Shown piece by piece: positions 39,750 to 49,840 of a DNA stretch of 64,000 nucleotides. Made by a program: the position numbers and the translations under genes. The stretch spans positions 2,382 to 66,381 of the forward strand of contig JBIIIC010000014.1 of assembly GCA_044235095.1 (NCBI GenBank), given 5' to 3'. Position 1 is the stretch's first letter, and every line of letters starts with the position of its first letter. Origin of the DNA: Prochlorococcaceae cyanobacterium (GTDB taxonomy: Bacteria > Cyanobacteriota > Cyanobacteriia > PCC-6307 > Cyanobiaceae). Under the pieces are notes generated by a model. The model saw only the letters and a program-made list of their open reading frames with translations, was not told the origin of the DNA and searched no databases.

Positions 39750-40510
39750 CCCGCCAGGCCAGGCTGACAGCCCCCCGCTGGCTGAAGCGCCTCGGCGCCA
39801 GCTGCCTGATCGGCGGCCAGGCGGTGAGCTCGGTGGTGCGCGGCCGCATCAACACCACCGATCTGCTGGCCGAACTGATGGAGGCGGGGCCCGGCAGCTT
39901 CCTGATCGTGTTCATCACCTCGCTGGCAGCGGGCACGGTGTTCAACATTCAGGCCGTGGCGGAACTGTCCAAGCAGGGAGCCAGCTCAGCGGTGGGCGGC
40001 CTGCTGGCCCTGGGTCTGGCCCGGGAAATCGCCCCCCTGCTCACCGCCACCCTGCTCACGGGCAAGGTGGCCACCGCCTATGCGGCCCAGCTGGGCACGA
40101 TGCGCGTCACCGAGCAGATCGACGCCATCACCATGCTGCGCACCGACCCGGTGGAATATCTGGTGGTGCCACGGGTGCTGGCCATGGTGATCATGGCGCC
40201 GGTGCAGTGCCTGCTGTTTTTCTGGGTGGGGATCTGGAGCGGCCAGATCAGCAGCACCTTGCTCTACAACATTCCACCCACGGTGTTCTGGAACTCGGTG
40301 CGCACCTGGATGGAGCCCTCGGATCTGCCCTCAATGCTGATCAAGGCGGTGGTCTTCGGCCTGCAGATCGCCGTGATCTCCTGCGGTTGGGGGCTCACCA
40401 CCAGCGGCGGCCCCAAGGAGGTGGGCACCAGCACCACCGGCGCGGTGGTGATGATCCTCGTCACCGTGGCCCTGATGGATGCCCTGCTCACCAAGATTCT
40501 GTTCGGCTGA
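39746..40510 (+). CDS. MlaE-family ABC transporter permease (lipid-transport type, Ycf63-like)
   Basis: Internal ATG at 39746 (ATGA overlap with the MFS stop). 254 aa with the conserved REIAPLLTA and MRVTEQIDA motifs of MlaE/TGD1. Confidence 0.88.
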   Translation: MTRQARLTAPRWLKRLGASCLIGGQAVSSVVRGRINTTDLLAELMEAGPGSFLIVFITSLAAGTVFNIQAVAELSKQGASSAVGGLLALGLAREIAPLLTATLLTGKVATAYAAQLGTMRVTEQIDAITMLRTDPVEYLVVPRVLAMVIMAPVQCLLFFWVGIWSGQISSTLLYNIPPTVFWNSVRTWMEPSDLPSMLIKAVVFGLQIAVISCGWGLTTSGGPKEVGTSTTGAVVMILVTVALMDALLTKILFG

Positions 40511-40974
40511 TGGCTGCTGATCCCTCCCCTGCGGGCGCAACTCCTCTCGACAAGGCTCCCGCGACTGCGCCCGGCGCCCCAGGACCCGCGGTGGTGCTGG
40601 CCCCCCGCTTCGGGGTTCCGCTCGGGGTGGTGGTGCTGGGTCTGAGCAGCCTGGCGCTGCTGCCCCTGTGGGGTGGTGCACCGTGGCTGGCCCTGGCCGT
40701 GAGCCTGTTCGGCCTGTTTCTCCTGCTGCAGGCGGTGCTGCTGCGGCTGGAATTCAGCAGCGATGCCCTGCTGGTGTGGCGCCAGCAGACCCTGCTGCGG
40801 CGCTTCCCCTACGAGGCCTGGCTCGGCTGGCGGCTGTTCTGGCCCGGCCTGCCGGTGCTGTTCTATTTCCGTGAACGCCAGAGCATCCACCTGCTGCCGG
40901 TGCTCTTCGATGCGGCCACACTGCAGGCCCAGCTGGAGCAGCGCCTCGGCCACCTGAGCCACCGCCATGACTAA
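40510..40974 (+). CDS. Conserved cyanobacterial membrane protein (DUF3119-like; family name from memory)
   Basis: TGATG coupling to the upstream gene. 154 aa with two TM segments followed by a soluble domain. Confidence 0.55.
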   Translation: MAADPSPAGATPLDKAPATAPGAPGPAVVLAPRFGVPLGVVVLGLSSLALLPLWGGAPWLALAVSLFGLFLLLQAVLLRLEFSSDALLVWRQQTLLRRFPYEAWLGWRLFWPGLPVLFYFRERQSIHLLPVLFDAATLQAQLEQRLGHLSHRHD

Positions 40975-41869
40975 GCCGACCCCATCCCCCAGCCCCGAGC
41001 TGCAGCCCCTGGTGGAGCTGGCCCTGCAGGAGCTGCGCCAGCAACGCGACGTTCTCAGCCGCGAGATCGGCGAACTCGAGGCCCGCAAGCAGCAGATCGA
41101 GCGGGAGATCGCCGGCAGCTTCGCCGGCCAGGCGGATGGCATCGCCCGCCGGCTGAAGGGCTTCCAGGAGTATCTGGTGGGGGCGCTGCAGGATCTGGTG
41201 GTGGCCGCCGACCAGATCGACCTGGTGCCCCAGCCCCTGCTGGTGCAGCCCTCGCCCCTGGATGCGACCCAGGCCCCATCCTCAGCCGGCGGCGGCGAGG
41301 CCAGTGGGGCGCCACTGGCCCATGCCGGACTGTTTAGCAACGACGCCGACCTGATCCGCAGCCGGCTGGAGAGCCTGCAGGGCCAGCCCGACTTCTACGC
41401 CGACCCCTGGAAGCTGCGCCGCACGCTGGAGGCCAGCGCGGCCACCCAGCTCGAGAGCTGGTTTCTGGAGCAGGGCGGGCGCGGCGCCCAGTCGAGCAGC
41501 GGCAGCCGCAACCGCAACGCCCTGACCACCGCCGCGGCCATCGCCATCCTGGGCGAGCTCTACGGCGACCGCTTCCAGACCCTGGTGCTGGCCGGTCAGC
41601 CCGAGCGGCTAGGCGAATGGCGCCGAGGCCTGCAGGACTGCCTGGGCCTCTCCCGCGACGACTTCGGCCCCAGCAGCGGCATCGTGCTGTTCGAGCGGCC
41701 CGATGCCTTGATCGATCGTGCCGACCGGCTCGAGGAGCGCGGCGAACTGCCCTTCATTGTGATCGACGCCGCCGAGCAGGTGGTCGACATTCCGATCCTG
41801 CAGTTCCCGCTCTGGCTGGCCTTCGCCGCCGGGCCGGGTGAACTGGCCAGCGACGACGACTTCGTCTGA
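40967..41869 (+). CDS. Conserved cyanobacterial coiled-coil protein (DUF3086-like; family name from memory)
   Basis: 300 aa. Overlaps the upstream gene by 8 nt. N-terminal coiled coil. Confidence 0.55.
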   Translation: MTKPTPSPSPELQPLVELALQELRQQRDVLSREIGELEARKQQIEREIAGSFAGQADGIARRLKGFQEYLVGALQDLVVAADQIDLVPQPLLVQPSPLDATQAPSSAGGGEASGAPLAHAGLFSNDADLIRSRLESLQGQPDFYADPWKLRRTLEASAATQLESWFLEQGGRGAQSSSGSRNRNALTTAAAIAILGELYGDRFQTLVLAGQPERLGEWRRGLQDCLGLSRDDFGPSSGIVLFERPDALIDRADRLEERGELPFIVIDAAEQVVDIPILQFPLWLAFAAGPGELASDDDFV

Positions 41870-41942
41870 CCGCTCGCCACACCGCACCTGACCGCACGGC
41901 TGCCAGGCCCTCCCCCCAGCTCCTCCCTCACCGCCCCTCTCC

Positions 41943-42557
41943 ATGCCGATCCTGCTGCTGTTCGCCGGTTACCTGCTGGGCTCGATCCCCAGCGGCTACC
42001 TGGCCGGGCGCTGGTGGCGCGGCATCGACATCCGCCAGGAAGGCTCTGGCTCCACCGGTGCCACCAACGTGCTGCGGGTGGTGGGCAAGGGGCCGGCGTT
42101 GCTGGTGTTTGCGGTCGACGTGCTCAAGGGCACCGCGGCGGTGCTGCTGGCCCAGGCAGTGTTGCCCGGCTCGGATGTGCTGGCGGTGGCCGCGGGCCTG
42201 GCGTCCCTGGCCGGTCACAGCTGGCCGCTGTGGCTGGGCTGGCGCGGCGGCAAGGCGGTGGCCACCGCCCTGGGCATGCTGCTGGGGCTGGCCTGGCCAG
42301 TGGGGCTGGCCTGCTTCGGCATCTTTCTCACCGTGCTCAGCGCCAGCCGGATCGTGTCGCTCTCCAGCGTGGTGGGGGCCCTGGCCCTGCCCCTGTTGAT
42401 GCTGGGCTGGTTCGGGGCGCCGCTGCCGCAGAGCATCCGCTGGCCCTACCTGATCCTGGCCCTGCTTACCAGCGTGCTGGTGATCTGGCGCCACCGCAGC
42501 AATCTGAGCCGCCTGCTGGCGGGCACCGAGCCGCGATTGGGTCAGCCGCGGGGCTAG
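41943..42557 (+). CDS. plsY: Glycerol-3-phosphate acyltransferase PlsY
   Basis: GYLLGSIPSGYL and GSGSTGATNVLRV motifs. Confidence 0.95.
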   Translation: MPILLLFAGYLLGSIPSGYLAGRWWRGIDIRQEGSGSTGATNVLRVVGKGPALLVFAVDVLKGTAAVLLAQAVLPGSDVLAVAAGLASLAGHSWPLWLGWRGGKAVATALGMLLGLAWPVGLACFGIFLTVLSASRIVSLSSVVGALALPLLMLGWFGAPLPQSIRWPYLILALLTSVLVIWRHRSNLSRLLAGTEPRLGQPRG

Positions 42558-43354
42558 GCCAGCTCCCGGCTGCGCTCGGCCGCCGCCAGCACCGCCTCGA
42601 TCAGGGCTGAACGCAACCCCGCGCGCTCCAGCTCACGCAGCCCGGCGATGGTGGTGCCGGCCGGAGAACTCACCATGTCTTTGAGGGCCGCGGGATGCAG
42701 CCCCTCACCCTCCAGCAGGGCGGCGGTGCCAGCCAGGGTGCGGTGGGCGAGATCGTGGGCCAGGGCCCGGGGCAAGCCCGCCGCCACGGCGCCATCAGCC
42801 ATCGCCTCGGCCACCAGGGCCACGAATGCCGGCCCGGAGGAGGTGAGGGCCAGGAAGCCATCCAGCTGGGGCTCAGGCAGCTCAAACACCTCACCCACCT
42901 GGGCGAACAGCTGCTTCACCCACTGGCGCCGCTCGGCAGACACGCCCTCGCCCCAGGCCAGCCCCGTGAGACCGCTGCGCACCAGGGAGGGGGTGTTGGG
43001 CACGGCGCGCACGCAGCTCCAGCCCGGAAACAGCCGCTGCAGCCGCGCCAGGGTGACACCGGCCAGCACCGAGATCAGCAGGCCGCCGGCAGCGGGAGCA
43101 GTGGCTGCCACCGCATCCAGCTGCTGGGGCTTCACCGCCAGCAGCACCACCGGCGCCGCCCAGGCCGCCGCCGGATCGGTGGCCACCGCCAGGTCGTGCT
43201 TCTGGCTCAGCCGTTCAGCGGAGGCGGCACTGGCCACGGCAGCCCGCACCCCTTCGGGCGCCACCAGGCCAGCCTCCAGCAGGGGAAACAGCAAGGCCTG
43301 TGCCATGCGGCCCAGGCCCACTACACCGAAGCTCGGCTCACGCAAGGGGCTCAC
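42554..43354 (-). CDS. proC: Pyrroline-5-carboxylate reductase
   Basis: GVVGLGRMAQAL Rossmann N-terminus and the P5CR C-terminal motif SPAGTTIAGL. Confidence 0.9.
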   Translation of the reverse strand: MSPLREPSFGVVGLGRMAQALLFPLLEAGLVAPEGVRAAVASAASAERLSQKHDLAVATDPAAAWAAPVVLLAVKPQQLDAVAATAPAAGGLLISVLAGVTLARLQRLFPGWSCVRAVPNTPSLVRSGLTGLAWGEGVSAERRQWVKQLFAQVGEVFELPEPQLDGFLALTSSGPAFVALVAEAMADGAVAAGLPRALAHDLAHRTLAGTAALLEGEGLHPAALKDMVSSPAGTTIAGLRELERAGLRSALIEAVLAAAERSRELA

Positions 43355-43410
43355 TCCAGGCCAGCGATCAGCTCCAGGGGTGCCCTGGACAGCAACGGGG
43401 CAAGACGGGT

Positions 43411-43971
43411 TCAGACCGCCGCCTCGTGCCGACCCCAGGCGGGGCTGGGGGCGGCATCCTGCTCGGGCTGGGAGGCCACTTCACGCTGCACCACGGTGGG
43501 GGAGGCCGTCTCCTCACCCAGGGCCGTGGTCACCGAGACGCAACTGGGAGCAAACAGGAAGATGCTCTCGCCGATGCGCTCCTGGTGGCCATCGATGGCG
43601 AAGGTGCCACCGGCCACAAAGTCGACGGCCCGCTGAGCCTGGTCGGGCTCCATCATCGTGAGATTGAGGATCACGGTCTTGCGCTCGCGCAGGGCCTGGA
43701 TGGCCCGCGGCATCTCATCGAAGCTGCGGGGCTCCATCAGAGTGATCTCCGGGGTCTGACTGGAGAGACCGGGCATGCCGATCACGTTGGTGCCGGCGAA
43801 GGGATCCTCGAAACTGAAATCGGAGGTGGTGGCCAGGGCACTGGAGCGGCTCACGCTGCTGGCGCTGGGCTCGCTGATCTCGCCGCCGTCGTACTCGAGC
43901 TCGTCGTCGTAGTCACCATCGAGGTAGTCGTCTCCGGCAACAACGGAACGCAAACGGGAGAACAACGACAC
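43411..43971 (-). CDS. sepF: Cell division protein SepF
   Basis: GTG at 43971 gives [11 protein letters not shown]. The conserved core is [29 protein letters not shown]...[11 protein letters not shown]. Confidence 0.85.
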   Translation of the reverse strand: MSLFSRLRSVVAGDDYLDGDYDDELEYDGGEISEPSASSVSRSSALATTSDFSFEDPFAGTNVIGMPGLSSQTPEITLMEPRSFDEMPRAIQALRERKTVILNLTMMEPDQAQRAVDFVAGGTFAIDGHQERIGESIFLFAPSCVSVTTALGEETASPTVVQREVASQPEQDAAPSPAWGRHEAAV

Positions 43972-44042
43972 GGGGCGAACCTCTGAGGGTGGATCTTGGC
44001 CTTGAATAGCGCCTTGGCTCAAGCGCTGCAAGGCTTTAAGCC

Positions 44043-44759
44043 CTAATCCTGCACCACCGCCCGCTCGCCGAACAGAGCGCTGCCGATCCGCAGCCAGGTG
44101 CTGCCGCAGGCGGCGGCCTCGCGCCAATCGCCGCTCATGCCCATGGAGAGCTCCGCCAGCCCCAGCTCCCGGGCCAGCGCCGCACACTCACGGAACAGCT
44201 CCAGCCGTTCCACCGACTCCAGCCCCAGTGGCGCGATCGTCATCAGGCCCACCGGCCGCAGGGGCGCCAGGGCCGCCAGCTGCGGCCAACCGCTGCGCAG
44301 CTCCTCGGCGCTGAAGCCGGTCTTGTTGGGATCCGGGCGCAGCTTCACCTGAAACAACACGGCCGGCGCCCGCTCTTCCTCGGCAGCGATGCGGGCCAGG
44401 CGCTGGGCCAGGAGCCATGAATCCAGCGAGTGGATCGTGCTGAACCGGCGCACGACTCCGCGGACTTTGTTGGCCTGCAGGCGCCCGATGAAATGCCAAT
44501 CGAGGGGTTCCAGATCGGCCAGCTCCGCCTGCTTGGCGACGGCCTCCTGGAGCCTGCTCTCAGCAAAGCTGCGTTGTCCAGCAGCCACCGCAGCCCGCAT
44601 CGCCTCGACCGACTGGCCCTTGCTCACAGCCAGCAACCGGCAACCGGGCGGCAGCTGCTGGCGCAGGCTCTCCAGCCGCGCGGCGATCGGCGGGGCGGGG
44701 TCAGTCAGGGGAGGGCAATCAGATGAAGGTTTGGTCAAACAACTGGCGCCAGCGGGCAT
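44043..44759 (-). CDS. pipY: YggS/PLPBP-family pyridoxal-phosphate homeostasis protein (PipY)
   Basis: LLAVSKGQ (PLP lysine), [11 protein letters not shown] and LSMGMSGD motifs. Start uncertain (ATG 44759, TTG 44737 or ATG 44819); all overlap the pipX 3' end. Confidence 0.85.
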   Translation of the reverse strand: MPAGASCLTKPSSDCPPLTDPAPPIAARLESLRQQLPPGCRLLAVSKGQSVEAMRAAVAAGQRSFAESRLQEAVAKQAELADLEPLDWHFIGRLQANKVRGVVRRFSTIHSLDSWLLAQRLARIAAEEERAPAVLFQVKLRPDPNKTGFSAEELRSGWPQLAALAPLRPVGLMTIAPLGLESVERLELFRECAALARELGLAELSMGMSGDWREAAACGSTWLRIGSALFGERAVVQD

Positions 44760-44985
44760 GGGCCTCGGCACTTTCGCGCCGCGCGCGGGCCAGGTTCTGC
44801 TCGGCGTAATGGCGGGCATCCATCAGGGGCACCACCTCAAAGGTGGCCCCGCGCTGCTGCAGGGTCACCACAAAGAAGATCCGCTGGGCATAGAGCGTGG
44901 CGAAAAGATCACGACCCTCGGCCACCGGCGCCACGCGGTAGAGCATGCCGAAGGTGGGATGGTTGAGATAGCGCTCAGTGCTCAC
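44719..44985 (-). CDS. pipX: PII-interacting protein PipX
   Basis: The 88-aa product begins MSTERYLNHPTFGMLYRV, contains LFATLYAQRIFFVV and ends FDQTFI, closely matching PipX as I remember it. Confidence 0.9.
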   Translation of the reverse strand: MSTERYLNHPTFGMLYRVAPVAEGRDLFATLYAQRIFFVVTLQQRGATFEVVPLMDARHYAEQNLARARRESAEAHARWRQLFDQTFI

Positions 44986-45039
44986 AGAGGCTCAGGGCTG
45001 AGGATGGAATCGCCGCCTCCAAGCGGGCGCTGGGGGCTA

Positions 45040-45963
45040 TTAAAGGGCACCGAGTTTCCAGCGCAGGCCAAACAGCACCAGCAGCCCCAGGGCAGCGCTG
45101 CTATTGAGAATCGGGGCCACCGGTGGCGGCAGCCGCAGCTGGTCGGGCGGCGACCAGTGGCCGCCGCGGGCCACCAGTGCTTCAGCACCCTGCTCGGCGC
45201 GCAGCAGCAGGTTGGCCAGCAGCCGCTCCGCCACCGCCAGCACCAGCCCCAGGCCAGCTTTCCAGCCCAGGGCGCGAAAGTTCACGGCCCGGGTGGCCAC
45301 GGCGCGCACCAGGTTCTGCAGCTCCTCCTGCACCAGGGGCATAAACCGCAGCGACAGCAGCAGGGTGAAGCCCAGCCGTTCCACTGGCCAGCCCAGCCGC
45401 GCCAGGGGCTGGAGCCACCAGCCGATCGCCCACACCAGCTCCTCCGGCGGCGTTGCCACCAGGAGGAGATTGGCGCTGTGCACCAGAGTCACCAGCAGGG
45501 TGGCGCCGTTGAGGCCCAGCTCGGCGGAACGGCGGGTGATCTCCAGTGGGCCCCACCGCCACAGCTGCCAGGACTCACCGGCGCTCTCGGGCGGCGTCTG
45601 CAGCGGTGAACCGGCCACCAGGCGCACCTCCGCCGGCGGCCGCTGCAGCTGGCCGGGCGGCACGGCGCCGGCCGGCAGCAAGGCCGCCAGCCCCCCCACC
45701 AGTACGGCCACCACCAGCAAAAGCGGCAGGCTGCGGCGCCACAGCCGCCAGGGCAGGCCGCTCAGCGCCGTGATCAGCAGCAGCAGACCCACCAGCGCAA
45801 GGCGCCAGATCGGCCCTGCCAGGATCGGTGTCACCAGGAAGGCCACGGTCCAAGCCAGCTTCAGGCGCGGGTCAAGCCGCCGCAGCCAGCTGCCGGCGCC
45901 TCCGGCCTCCGTGTCTTCCTCAGCCACAAACTGGCCGATCGGCAGCTGGCGCAGGAAGTCCAC
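45040..45963 (-). CDS. CbiQ/EcfT-family transmembrane protein
   Basis: 307 aa, polytopic. LDPRLKL N-terminal motif and the ARG...R loops typical of ECF T components. Confidence 0.7.
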   Translation of the reverse strand: MDFLRQLPIGQFVAEEDTEAGGAGSWLRRLDPRLKLAWTVAFLVTPILAGPIWRLALVGLLLLITALSGLPWRLWRRSLPLLLVVAVLVGGLAALLPAGAVPPGQLQRPPAEVRLVAGSPLQTPPESAGESWQLWRWGPLEITRRSAELGLNGATLLVTLVHSANLLLVATPPEELVWAIGWWLQPLARLGWPVERLGFTLLLSLRFMPLVQEELQNLVRAVATRAVNFRALGWKAGLGLVLAVAERLLANLLLRAEQGAEALVARGGHWSPPDQLRLPPPVAPILNSSAALGLLVLFGLRWKLGAL

Positions 45964-46033
45964 TCAGAGCCTGGGCAGTCGCCGCAGCGAAGGATCCATC
46001 GTGTCAGCCACCAGGCTGGGCATCGACCAGGCC

Positions 46034-47398
46034 TCAGCGCCCCCGAGCCTGGGACCGGGCCAGATCCCGCTCGGCGTCGCGCTGCTGCTTGCCGCGCCAG
46101 AACAGCTTGATCGGTGTGCCCTCGAAGCCCAGGCTCTCGCGGATCTGGCGCTCCACGTAGCGGCGGTAGCTGTCGCCGAAGAGCTTGGGGTCGTTGACAA
46201 ACAGCGTGAAGCTGGGCGGCCGGGTGGCCACCTGGGTGCCGTAGTAAAGGCGGCCCTGGCGGCCGCCACGGCTGGTGGGCGGCGTGCGCCAGCTGAGGGC
46301 CTCAGTGAGCACCTCATTCACCACCGAAGTGCTCACCCGGCGGCGGTGCTGCTCCACCGCCAGCAGGGCCAGGGCAAAGATGCTCTGCACCCGCTGGCCG
46401 GTGAGGGCGGAGGTGAACAGCATCGGCGCCCAGTCGAGGAAGTAGAGCTTGGCGCGGAGTTCCTTTTCCATCGCCGGCATGGTGTGGGAGTCCTTCTCGA
46501 TCGCATCCCATTTGTTCACCACCACCACGCAGGCGCGGCCGTCTTCCTCGATGCGGCCGGCCAGGCGTTGGTCCTGCTCGGTGACGCCGTCGAGGGCGTC
46601 GATCACCAGCACGCACACATCACTGCGCTCGATCGCCTTGAAGCTGCGGTTGATGCCGAAGAACTCAGGGCCGTAGTTCACCGAGCGCTTGCGGCGGATG
46701 CCGGCGGTGTCGAGGATCTTCCAGGTGTGGTTCTCCCGCTCCACCGTGGTGTCGATCGTGTCGCGGGTGGTGCCGCGGATCGGGCTCACGATCGCCCGCT
46801 GCTCGCCGCAGATGGCGTTTAGCAGGCTGGATTTGCCCACGTTGGGCCGGCCGATGATCGCCAGTTGGATCGGCTCCTCGCCGCCCTCCTCGCTGGTGGG
46901 GGGCAGGAAGCTGATCACCTGATCGAGGAGGTCGCCGGTGCCGGCGCCATGGATCGCCGAGATCGGGTGGGGCTCGCCCAGGCCCAGCCCCCAGAACTCC
47001 GCCGCCATCGACAGGCCGACCTCGGGCGACTCGCACTTGTTCACCGCCAGCAACACCGGCACGTTGTGGCCGCGCAGCCAGGTGGCGATCGCCTCATCCG
47101 CCGCCGTGCAGCCCTGCTGGCCGTCGACGATCACCAGGGCCACCGAGGCCTCAGCCAGGGCCAGGTTGGCCTGCTCGCGAATCTCGGGCAGAAATTCACT
47201 GTCGTCGTCGAACACCAGACCGCCGGTGTCGACCACCTTGAAGGTGCGATCCCCCCAGTAACCCTCTTGATAGGTGCGATCGCGGGTCACGCCCGGCTCG
47301 TCGTGCACGATCGCCTCGCGGCTGCGGCAGAGGCGATTCACCAGGGTGGATTTGCCCACATTGGGGCGGCCAAGGATGGCCACAACCGGCAAGGCCAA
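46034..47398 (-). CDS. der: Ribosome-associated GTPase Der (EngA)
   Basis: Two tandem GTPase domains ([10 protein letters not shown] twice, DTGG/DTAG, NKCE/NKWD) and a KH-like C-terminus. Confidence 0.95.
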   Translation of the reverse strand: MALPVVAILGRPNVGKSTLVNRLCRSREAIVHDEPGVTRDRTYQEGYWGDRTFKVVDTGGLVFDDDSEFLPEIREQANLALAEASVALVIVDGQQGCTAADEAIATWLRGHNVPVLLAVNKCESPEVGLSMAAEFWGLGLGEPHPISAIHGAGTGDLLDQVISFLPPTSEEGGEEPIQLAIIGRPNVGKSSLLNAICGEQRAIVSPIRGTTRDTIDTTVERENHTWKILDTAGIRRKRSVNYGPEFFGINRSFKAIERSDVCVLVIDALDGVTEQDQRLAGRIEEDGRACVVVVNKWDAIEKDSHTMPAMEKELRAKLYFLDWAPMLFTSALTGQRVQSIFALALLAVEQHRRRVSTSVVNEVLTEALSWRTPPTSRGGRQGRLYYGTQVATRPPSFTLFVNDPKLFGDSYRRYVERQIRESLGFEGTPIKLFWRGKQQRDAERDLARSQARGR

Positions 47399-47443
47399 GA
47401 GATGTATTCCTACGTCTGTCCTGTGTCGACCCTACAGGCCGGC

Positions 47444-48313
47444 TCAATGGTGGTCGCCTTCGGCCCAGGCCAGGGCCGCGGCCGGATCGCCACTGAGATC
47501 GGCCTTTAGAAACTCGGGCGTTTCCGGCAGCACCAGCTGCAGGTGGTTTTCCCGGTGCAGCTCCAGGCTGAGCTCGCGGCTCTGCAGCTCGAGCACATGG
47601 CCGGCATGGCGGTGGTCGTCGCTGAGCAGATGCAGATGATAGCCGGGCAGATTGATGCTGCGCGCGTAGCTGGGCGTCCAGAAGCCCACCAGGGTGCCGG
47701 CCACGTGGTCCAGATCAAACGTGGCCTGGGCATTGGTGGCGCTCACCAGATCCATGCCGGGCACAGCCTGGCAGGCCACCCGGTAGCGGATCCGCTCGAA
47801 CACCCCGCGCAGACGAATGGCCACAAACAGGTTGGCGTTGTCGCGCAACCCATCCAGCCGCGCGGTGAGATCGGCCCAGCTGGTGACCTGGTGGAGGGTG
47901 TGGCAATGGTCGGCCTGGAAGCGCGTGGCCACCCAGAAGGGAGCCAGGGCGTCGGCGGGAGCCTGGCGCACCGAGCCATCGGCGCAGGCCTGCCAGCAGC
48001 AGCCATCCAGCAGGATTCCTTCACCATCGAGGCCCTCGAAGGTGCCCAGGCCGAAGTCGCCGTGTTGGAGCAGATCGCCCACCCGCACGCAGCCCCCATA
48101 CACCCCCTGCACCAGAGCACCGGAAGTGGACACCTGATAGATGGTGTGGTGCTCCAGATCCAGTGCCGCGGCCAGGGCCGCGCGGATCACATGGCTAGCG
48201 CTTTCACCGGTGCGCCGGCAGCGCTCCTGCAGGGCCGTGAACAGGCCATCGCCGAGACGGACCTCGAGGTGATGGCTGGAGGGGTGCGAGCAGGCCTGGC
48301 GGTGGTCCATCAT
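47444..48313 (-). CDS. Alpha-acetolactate decarboxylase with an N-terminal extension of about 50 aa
   Basis: The core YQVSTSGALVQGVYGG...GDFGLGTFEGLDGEGILLDG matches the ALDC family. The extension reads LEVRLGDGLFTALQERCRRTGESASHVIRAALAAAL. Confidence 0.8.
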   Translation of the reverse strand: MMDHRQACSHPSSHHLEVRLGDGLFTALQERCRRTGESASHVIRAALAAALDLEHHTIYQVSTSGALVQGVYGGCVRVGDLLQHGDFGLGTFEGLDGEGILLDGCCWQACADGSVRQAPADALAPFWVATRFQADHCHTLHQVTSWADLTARLDGLRDNANLFVAIRLRGVFERIRYRVACQAVPGMDLVSATNAQATFDLDHVAGTLVGFWTPSYARSINLPGYHLHLLSDDHRHAGHVLELQSRELSLELHRENHLQLVLPETPEFLKADLSGDPAAALAWAEGDHH

Positions 48314-48792
48314 CAGTGCACCGCCAGATCCCCCGGATGGCCGGCCACCGGATCAGCCGGCGCCGGCAGCAGCGGCGGCAGGGGCCCGCAGTCGGGCAGG
48401 GGCTCGCCGCGCTCGGCCAGGTGGGCCAGCAGCCAGTTCACGGCGGTGGCCCGGCGAGTGCGGCGCGGATAGAGCTCACCGATGCGGTAGCCGGCAAAGC
48501 CCAGCTGCTCCTTCAGCAGTTGCTTGTATTCCTTGGCGATCGAGCGGGTGAGCGCCACGCTGGGCGGCCGCTCGGCAATGAACTGGGGCTCGATCGGGAA
48601 CGGCTCCCGCCAGCAGGCGCTCGTGGCCGGGCCCGCGCTCCAGGTGCCGGAGCCATCGGGCGCGTAACCCAGGCGCGGCCAGATCAGCTCACACACGAAG
48701 CGATCGCTGGTGCGGTCGGCGAGTACCGCTTCCAGCAGCTGGCGGCTGAGGGGGAAGGCAGCGGAGATGGCGGCGGCTTCGGCGGAGGGCAT
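48313..48792 (-). CDS. Conserved cyanobacterial hypothetical protein
   Basis: 159 aa. TGATG coupling to the downstream ALDC gene. No motif recognised with confidence. Confidence 0.5.
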   Translation of the reverse strand: MPSAEAAAISAAFPLSRQLLEAVLADRTSDRFVCELIWPRLGYAPDGSGTWSAGPATSACWREPFPIEPQFIAERPPSVALTRSIAKEYKQLLKEQLGFAGYRIGELYPRRTRRATAVNWLLAHLAERGEPLPDCGPLPPLLPAPADPVAGHPGDLAVH

Positions 48793-48820
48793 CGGCCTGG
48801 AGCCTCACAATCGGATCACC

Positions 48821-49825
48821 ATGATCACTGCCACCCCCCTGCAACTGGCCGGCCACGGCACCCCCCGGGCCCTGCGCTGCCGCGTGCTGCAGTCGCCGCT
48901 GGCGGGGGTGAGCGACCGGATCTTCCGCGGCCTGGTGCGCCGCTGGGCCCCCGATGCGCTGCTGTTCACCGAGATGGTGAACGCCACCAGCCTGGAGCTG
49001 GGCCATGGCCGCCAGAAGGTGGAGGAGCTGGCCGAGGAGGCCGGGCCGATCGGCGTGCAGCTGTTCGATCACCGCCCCGCCGCCATGGCCGAAGCGGCGC
49101 GGCGAGCGGAGGCGGCGGGCGCCTTTCTGATCGACATCAACATGGGTTGCCCGGTGAAGAAAATCGCCAGGAAGGGGGGCGGCAGCGGCCTGATCCGCGA
49201 GCCCGACCTGGCAGCCCGCATCGTCGACACCGTGGCGGCGGCGGTGGCGATCCCGGTCACGGTTAAGACCCGCCTGGGCTGGTGCGGAGGCAGCGGCAGC
49301 GACACCACCGCCAACGCCGTGCGCTGGTGCCGCCAGCTGGAGGCCGCCGGTGCCCAGCTGCTCACCCTGCACGGCCGCACCCGCGAGCAGGGCTTCAAGG
49401 GCAACGCCGACTGGGCTGCGATTGCCGCCGTGAAGCGGGCCCTCACGGTCCCCGTGATCGCCAACGGCGACATCACCAGTCCGGCCGATGCCCTGCGCTG
49501 CCTGGCGGAAACCGGCACCGATGGCGTGATGGTGGGCCGGGGCACCATGGGCGCCCCCTGGCTGGTGGGCCAGATCGATGCAGCCCTGGTCGGCCAGCCG
49601 ATCCCGCCCACGCCGGGCCCCGCCGACAAGCTGGCCCTGGCGGCCGAGCAGCTGCAGGCCCTGGTGGCCGTCAAGGGCGACCACGGCCTGCTGATCGCCC
49701 GCAAGCACCTCAGCTGGACCTGCACCGGCTTCGCCGGCGCCCCCCAGCTGCGCCACTCCCTGATGCGAGCCACCACCCCGGCCGACGCCTTGGCGCTGCT
49801 GGACCAGGCCTGGCAAGCGCTCTGA
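48821..49825 (+). CDS. dus: tRNA-dihydrouridine synthase
   Basis: Internal ATG at 48821. LAGVSDRIFR, IDINMGCPVKK and LTLHGRTREQ motifs. Confidence 0.9.
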   Translation: MITATPLQLAGHGTPRALRCRVLQSPLAGVSDRIFRGLVRRWAPDALLFTEMVNATSLELGHGRQKVEELAEEAGPIGVQLFDHRPAAMAEAARRAEAAGAFLIDINMGCPVKKIARKGGGSGLIREPDLAARIVDTVAAAVAIPVTVKTRLGWCGGSGSDTTANAVRWCRQLEAAGAQLLTLHGRTREQGFKGNADWAAIAAVKRALTVPVIANGDITSPADALRCLAETGTDGVMVGRGTMGAPWLVGQIDAALVGQPIPPTPGPADKLALAAEQLQALVAVKGDHGLLIARKHLSWTCTGFAGAPQLRHSLMRATTPADALALLDQAWQAL

Positions 49826-49840
49826 CTCAAGGGCGCTGAG

